Assembly (NCBI GenBank): GCA_963705305.1
Contig: OY970067.1
Coordinates: 5,216,001 to 5,280,000 of the forward strand
DNA length: 64,000 nucleotides
Source of the DNA: an uncultured Methylomirabilota bacterium
Lineage (GTDB): Bacteria; Methylomirabilota; Methylomirabilia; Methylomirabilales; 2-02-FULL-66-22
Direction of reading: 5' to 3'
Below the pieces are notes generated by a model, which was not told the DNA's origin, ran no database searches, and was given only the letters and a program-made list of their open reading frames with translations. Position 1 is the stretch's first letter; each line of letters opens with the position of its first letter. Shown here in pieces: positions 59,447 to 64,000 of the stretch. The position numbers and the translations under genes were made by a program.

Positions 59447-59533
59447 AACCGCCATGACGCCAAGGTCTCCCTTTCATTTTCGAAATTCGAATTGTCCCTT
59501 GGCGCCTTGGCGGTGAGATATTTTCGGAAGGGG
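59447..59533. repeat. REP-like palindromic intergenic repeat, copy 2
   Basis: Near-identical to 6611-6704. Confidence 0.85.
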
Positions 59534-59534
59534 G

Positions 59535-61052
59535 TCAAGCCGCCGAGCCGGACTTGTCCGGCAGCGCCCATCCGGCAGAGCGCGCCACCGCCCGCCGCCA
59601 CCCAGCGTAGAGCTCCTCCCGCCGGTCTTTTTCCATCTCCGGCGCGAATCGGCGCTCGGCGGCCCAGTTGCGTGCGATCTCCTCCCGGTCCTTCCAGTAC
59701 CCCACGGCCAGGCCGGCCAGGTAGGCCGTCCCCAGCGCGGTGGTCTCCCGCACCACCGGCCGCACCACCGGCAGACCCAGGAGGTCCGCTTGCAGCTGCA
59801 TGAGGAGGCTGTTGGCCGTGGCGCCGCCGTCCACTCGGAGCTCCTGTACGCCGATCCCCGCATCGGCCACCGCGGCGGCCAGCACTTCGCGGGTCTGGTA
59901 GGCGATGGCCTCCAGGCCGGCCCGCACCAGGTGTCCGCGCGTCGTCCCCCGGGTGAGGCCGAGGATGGTGCCGCGCGCGTACATGTCCCAGTGCGGCGCC
60001 CCCAGGCCGACGAAGGCAGGGACGAAGTAGACGCCGCCGCTGTCGGGAACGGACGCGGCCACTGCCTCCGACTCCGCGGCGCTCCCGATCACCCCCAGAC
60101 CGTCCCGGAGCCACTGGATCACGGCCCCTGCCACAAAGATGCTTCCTTCCAGGGCATATTCTGGGTGGCCCCGGATCGGGGAGGCGGCGATGGTGGTGAT
60201 GAGCCCGGCCCGCGAGGCCGCGGGGCGATCCCCGGTATGCACCAGGAGGAAGCAGCCCGTCCCGTAGGTGTTCTTGGCCATCCCCGGATGGAAGCAGGCC
60301 TGCCCGAAGAGGGCGGCCTGCTGGTCCCCGGCGATCCCGGCGATCGGCACCTCCGCCCCCAGCAGATCCCCCGCCGTCCGCGCATAGATCGCGCTGGACG
60401 GCTGCACTTCGGGCAGCATGGCCGGGGGCACGCCCATGGCCGCGCACAGATCCGGGTCCCACGCCAGGCGGTGGATGTTGAAGAGCATGGTGCGGGAGGC
60501 ATTGCTATAGTCGGTCACCCAGGCCGCCCCCCCGCTCAGCTTCCACGTCAGCCAGGAATCCACGGTGCCGAAGCAGACCTCTCCCCGCTCCGCCCGCGCG
60601 CGGAGCCCCGGGACGTTCTCCAGGAGCCAGCAGATCTTGGTCCCGGAGAAGTAGGCGTCGATCACCAGGCCCGTGCGCTCGCGCACCCGGGGCTCCCAGC
60701 CGTCCGCCTTCAGGGCGTCGCACAGCGGCGCCGAGCGCCGGCACTGCCAGACGATGGCATGGTGCAGCGGCGCCCCGGTCGCTCGGTCCCAGACCACCGT
60801 GGTCTCCCGCTGGTTGGTGATGCCCAGTCCCGCAATTTGCGTCGGCGCGATTGCGGCTGCGGCGATGGCCTCGCGGGCCACGCCCAGCTGGCTGTCCCAG
60901 ATCTCCTGCGGATCATGCTCCACCCAGCCGGGCCGGGGGTAGATCTGGCGGAGCTCCCGCTGCGCGGCGGCCACGGGCCGCCCGGCGCGGTCGAACAGGA
61001 TGGCGCGCGAGCTGGTAGTGCCCTGGTCCAGGGCCAGGATGTACCTCTCCAT
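59535..61052 (-). CDS. glpK: Glycerol kinase
   Basis: [46 protein letters not shown]. Confidence 0.97.
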   Translation of the reverse strand: MERYILALDQGTTSSRAILFDRAGRPVAAAQRELRQIYPRPGWVEHDPQEIWDSQLGVAREAIAAAAIAPTQIAGLGITNQRETTVVWDRATGAPLHHAIVWQCRRSAPLCDALKADGWEPRVRERTGLVIDAYFSGTKICWLLENVPGLRARAERGEVCFGTVDSWLTWKLSGGAAWVTDYSNASRTMLFNIHRLAWDPDLCAAMGVPPAMLPEVQPSSAIYARTAGDLLGAEVPIAGIAGDQQAALFGQACFHPGMAKNTYGTGCFLLVHTGDRPAASRAGLITTIAASPIRGHPEYALEGSIFVAGAVIQWLRDGLGVIGSAAESEAVAASVPDSGGVYFVPAFVGLGAPHWDMYARGTILGLTRGTTRGHLVRAGLEAIAYQTREVLAAAVADAGIGVQELRVDGGATANSLLMQLQADLLGLPVVRPVVRETTALGTAYLAGLAVGYWKDREEIARNWAAERRFAPEMEKDRREELYAGWRRAVARSAGWALPDKSGSAA

Positions 61053-61092
61053 TAGTCTCCTCAGCGATCCGGCCGCCGGGCGGCCGGATCGC

Positions 61093-61989
61093 TCACTTCT
61101 CGGTCTCCACAAGGCCCCTCACGAACCAGCGCTGCATGAACAGGATCACCGCCACCGGCGGCACGAGCGCCATCACCGCCGCCGCCATCACGACGTTCCA
61201 CTCCGGCAGCTGGGTGCCGCTCTGCGGAATGAGCCCCTCGATGCCGATGACGACCGTCCGCATGTCCTGGGTGCTGGTGATCATCAGCGGCCACAGGTAC
61301 TCGTTCCAGCCGTAGATGAACAGGATCACGAAAAGCGCCGCGACGTTCGCCCAGGACAGCGGGATGAGGATGGACCAGAGGAAGCGCATGGGGCCGGCGC
61401 CGTCCAGCTGGGCGGCCTCGGCCAGCGAGTCCGGAACGGTCTGGTAGAACTGCCGAAACAGGAACGTCCCGGTAGCCGAGGCCATAAGGGGAATGGTGAG
61501 GCCGGCATAAGTGTTGATCCAGCCGAGGGTGCTGATCACCTCGTAGGTCGAGATGATCCGGACCGGAATCGGCAGCATCAGCGTGACAAAGATCATCCAG
61601 AAGACGAGCTGTTTCCCCCGGAAGTCGAAGTAGACGATGGCGAAGGCCGAAAGGAGCGAGATCACGATCTTCCCCACGGCCACGGCCAGGGCCATGATGG
61701 TGCTGTTCAGGAGCAGGCGGCCCATCCCGGCGCGCACCCAGGCCGCGGTGTAATTGGGAATCAGGGCGGTGGACGGCCACAGCCGCGGAGGGAGGCTGGT
61801 CACCTGGTCCAGGCTCTGGGTGCTGATCACCAGGGTGTAGTAGAGGGGGAACGCCACGACGATGACGGCCAGGACAAGAAGCGCGTAGATCGTCACGATC
61901 CCCCAGTCACGCGGCCGGCACGGCCGGGCGGTCGCCTCCACCGGAACTTCGAAATCCTTGGCTATCCTGAACGATCCGCCGCCAGTCAA
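61093..61989 (-). CDS. ugpE: ABC permease, UgpE-like (system 1)
   Basis: [44 protein letters not shown]. Confidence 0.88.
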   Translation of the reverse strand: MTGGGSFRIAKDFEVPVEATARPCRPRDWGIVTIYALLVLAVIVVAFPLYYTLVISTQSLDQVTSLPPRLWPSTALIPNYTAAWVRAGMGRLLLNSTIMALAVAVGKIVISLLSAFAIVYFDFRGKQLVFWMIFVTLMLPIPVRIISTYEVISTLGWINTYAGLTIPLMASATGTFLFRQFYQTVPDSLAEAAQLDGAGPMRFLWSILIPLSWANVAALFVILFIYGWNEYLWPLMITSTQDMRTVVIGIEGLIPQSGTQLPEWNVVMAAAVMALVPPVAVILFMQRWFVRGLVETEK

Positions 61990-62867
61990 TAGAACACCCG
62001 CTTCTCGGTATAGCGGAACTGCAGCATGGTCAGCAGGATGACGACGGTCATCAACACCACGGATTGCGCCGAAGAGGACCCCAGGTTCAGCCCCACGAAG
62101 CCGTCCTGGTACACCTTGTACACCATGATGGTCGTGGCGGTGCCCGGCCCCCCTTGCGTCACGGCATCGATCAGGCCAAAGGTGTCGAAAAACGCAAAGG
62201 TCATGTTGAGCATCAGTAAGAAGAACGTGGTCGGCGACAGCAGCGGGAAGATGACGGAGAAAAACTGGCGGATGCGCCCGGCGCCGTCCACGCTGGCCGC
62301 CTCCACCACCGCCGTCGGGACTCCCTGCAGGCCGGCCAGGAAAAAGGCCAGGTTATATCCCAGCTGCTTCCAGATGGCGGCCAGGACGATCAGGACCATG
62401 GCCACCCAGCCCTTGAGCAGCCAGTTGAACTGATAGGCCGTCAGGAAGGAGAGGAGGTACGGCAGGATCCCGTAGCTCGGCTGGAAGATGAACAGCCAGA
62501 CGATCCCGGCAACGGCCGGCGCGATCCCGTAGGGCCATAGCAGCAGCGTCCGGTAGATCGCTAGGCCCCGGATCTTGGCATTGGCCAGCACGGCCAGGAA
62601 CAGCGACAGGCTCAGCCCGAGGACCGTGACCGCCCCGGCAAACACGAAGCTGACGATGATGCTTTGCAGGTAGGCACTGGAGACGAAGAGGTCCCGGAAG
62701 TTCTGAAGGCCGACGTAGATCGAGCGCCCGCCGAAAGGGGAGGAGAGGAAAAAGGACAGGCGCAGCGACTCGAGGGCGGGCCAGAAGAAGAAGAGAATGG
62801 TCACCACCACCTGCGGGAGGACCAGCAGGTATGGCAGCCAGGGGTTCTTGAACACCGTTCGCTTCAT
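61986..62867 (-). CDS. ugpA: ABC permease, UgpA-like (system 1)
   Basis: LPYLLVLPQ, WKQLGYN, FFDTFG, SSSAQSV. Confidence 0.88.
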   Translation of the reverse strand: MKRTVFKNPWLPYLLVLPQVVVTILFFFWPALESLRLSFFLSSPFGGRSIYVGLQNFRDLFVSSAYLQSIIVSFVFAGAVTVLGLSLSLFLAVLANAKIRGLAIYRTLLLWPYGIAPAVAGIVWLFIFQPSYGILPYLLSFLTAYQFNWLLKGWVAMVLIVLAAIWKQLGYNLAFFLAGLQGVPTAVVEAASVDGAGRIRQFFSVIFPLLSPTTFFLLMLNMTFAFFDTFGLIDAVTQGGPGTATTIMVYKVYQDGFVGLNLGSSSAQSVVLMTVVILLTMLQFRYTEKRVFY

Positions 62868-62873
62868 GCGTCA

Positions 62874-62903
62874 CGGGGGAGGGCGTCGCGACGCCCTCCC
62901 CCG
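62874..62903. other. Perfect 30-bp palindrome between ugpB and ugpA
   Basis: CGGGGGAGGGCGTCG-CGACGCCCTCCCCCG, no U tract. Confidence 0.75.
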
Positions 62904-62930
62904 CTCCCGGTCGGCGACTGGGCGGCCGGC

Positions 62931-64000
62931 TTACTTGTACAGGGCCGCGAACTCCTTCAGGATCTCATCCCCCTTCTTCACCGCGTCGGTCAATCCCTGC
63001 TTGGCCGTCTTCTGGCCGTTCAGGATCAGCTCCATCTCGGCTTCGACCGCGTCGCGGATCGACACAAAATTACCCAGGCGGATGCCCTGGCTGTTGGGGG
63101 TCACTTTGCCGCTGGCGATCTGGTGGAAGGCCTGGAACTGATACGGCTTTTCTTTGAAGTAGCCGCTGGCCTCCAAGGCCTTGACGGCAGCGTTGCTGAT
63201 GGGCAGGTAGCCGGTGTTCTTGTGCCACCACATCTGGTTCTCCGTCTCGGCCAGGAACCGGAAGAACTGGGCCACCCCCGCGTATTCGGCCGGCTTGGCC
63301 TTCATCACCCAGAGGGTCGCCCCCCCGATGATGCTATCCCCTTGCGGGTATCCTTTGAAGCGCGGGAGGTCGCCCGTCCCCCACTGGAACTTTCCGGTGG
63401 ACGCTTGGACCAGCCCGCCAATGAATCCCGATGAGGTGCTGAAGATGCCGCACTCTCCACCGGCGAACATCGCTTCTGCCTTCGGCCCGCGGCCCCCGTA
63501 GGTGTAGATGCCTTCCTTCTGCCATCGGGCCAGCGTGGTCATGGTCTCGACGCCCACCTTGTCGTTGATCAGAAGCTTCGTGGCCAGGTCCTTGAATCCG
63601 TTGTCATTGTTCGCGATGGGCTGGTCGTGCCAGGCGTGCATATTCTCGATCATGAGCCAGGATGGCCAGGCGTTGCTGAAGCCGCATTTGGTCGCGCCGG
63701 ATGACACCAGTTGCTTGGCATCCTTCCCGATTTCGTCGAAGGTCGTCGGGGGCTTGTCGGCAAGGCCCGCCTTCTTGAATAGGCCCTTGTTGTAATAGAG
63801 GATCGGCGTGGAGGAATTGAACGGCATCGAGTAGAGGTGGCCGTCCTTGGAATAGTAGGATCGAACGGGCCCCAGGAAGTCATCCCAGTTGACGGCGATC
63901 CCCTGCTCCTGCATCAGCTGGTACACAGGGTAGATGGCGTTGGAGGAGAGCATCGTCTGGGTGCCGACCTCGAACACCTGAACGATGTCCGGCGGCGTCT
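62931..64000 (-). CDS. ugpB: ABC substrate-binding protein, UgpB-like (system 1; 5' end outside window)
   Basis: QVFEVGTQTM, SMPFNSSTP, IIGGATLW, TGYLP, GIRLGNF. Confidence 0.9.
   Translation of the reverse strand, partial: TPPDIVQVFEVGTQTMLSSNAIYPVYQLMQEQGIAVNWDDFLGPVRSYYSKDGHLYSMPFNSSTPILYYNKGLFKKAGLADKPPTTFDEIGKDAKQLVSSGATKCGFSNAWPSWLMIENMHAWHDQPIANNDNGFKDLATKLLINDKVGVETMTTLARWQKEGIYTYGGRGPKAEAMFAGGECGIFSTSSGFIGGLVQASTGKFQWGTGDLPRFKGYPQGDSIIGGATLWVMKAKPAEYAGVAQFFRFLAETENQMWWHKNTGYLPISNAAVKALEASGYFKEKPYQFQAFHQIASGKVTPNSQGIRLGNFVSIRDAVEAEMELILNGQKTAKQGLTDAVKKGDEILKEFAALYK

Noticed and set aside
1..64000. CRISPR array or cas genes
   Set aside because: No regularly spaced direct repeats with unique spacers were seen; the repeats present are palindromic or short-period

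Overview
High-GC bacterial chromosomal window. The gene content and repeat styles are compatible with a Methylomirabilota/NC10-like or related lineage; this is inference only. Most of the window is metabolic: a dispersed histidine-utilisation pathway (hutH, hutU, hutI, plus split formiminotransferase and cyclodeaminase), selB with tRNA-Sec, cydAB, msrB and cysKE. It also holds an atypical hopanoid-modification cluster (hpnJ, hpnI, small DMT protein, DegT aminotransferase, FAD oxidoreductase, no hpnK). A roughly 11 kb GntR-linked catabolic cluster carries E1a/E1b/E2, lipB, two LarA-superfamily proteins, a cupin, an HpcH aldolase with an apparent ATT start, PfpI and a 2-hydroxyacid dehydrogenase. 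An AbrB/VapC toxin-antitoxin pair has a G8 frameshift in the antitoxin, and two tandem Ugp-like ABC systems flank glpK. Downstream of tRNA-Sec (about 1.7-5.9 kb) is a visibly AT-richer decaying island. It contains an integrase-less integron remnant (promoter, attI-like site, one complete cassette with attC), an amber-interrupted HNH gene, a small basic protein and nested Tdh/RAYT-like/ISL3 fragments. Several REP/MITE-like palindromic repeats and deletion-type pseudogenes are present. No CRISPR array or rRNA was seen. All product calls come from motif recognition by eye, not database searches.
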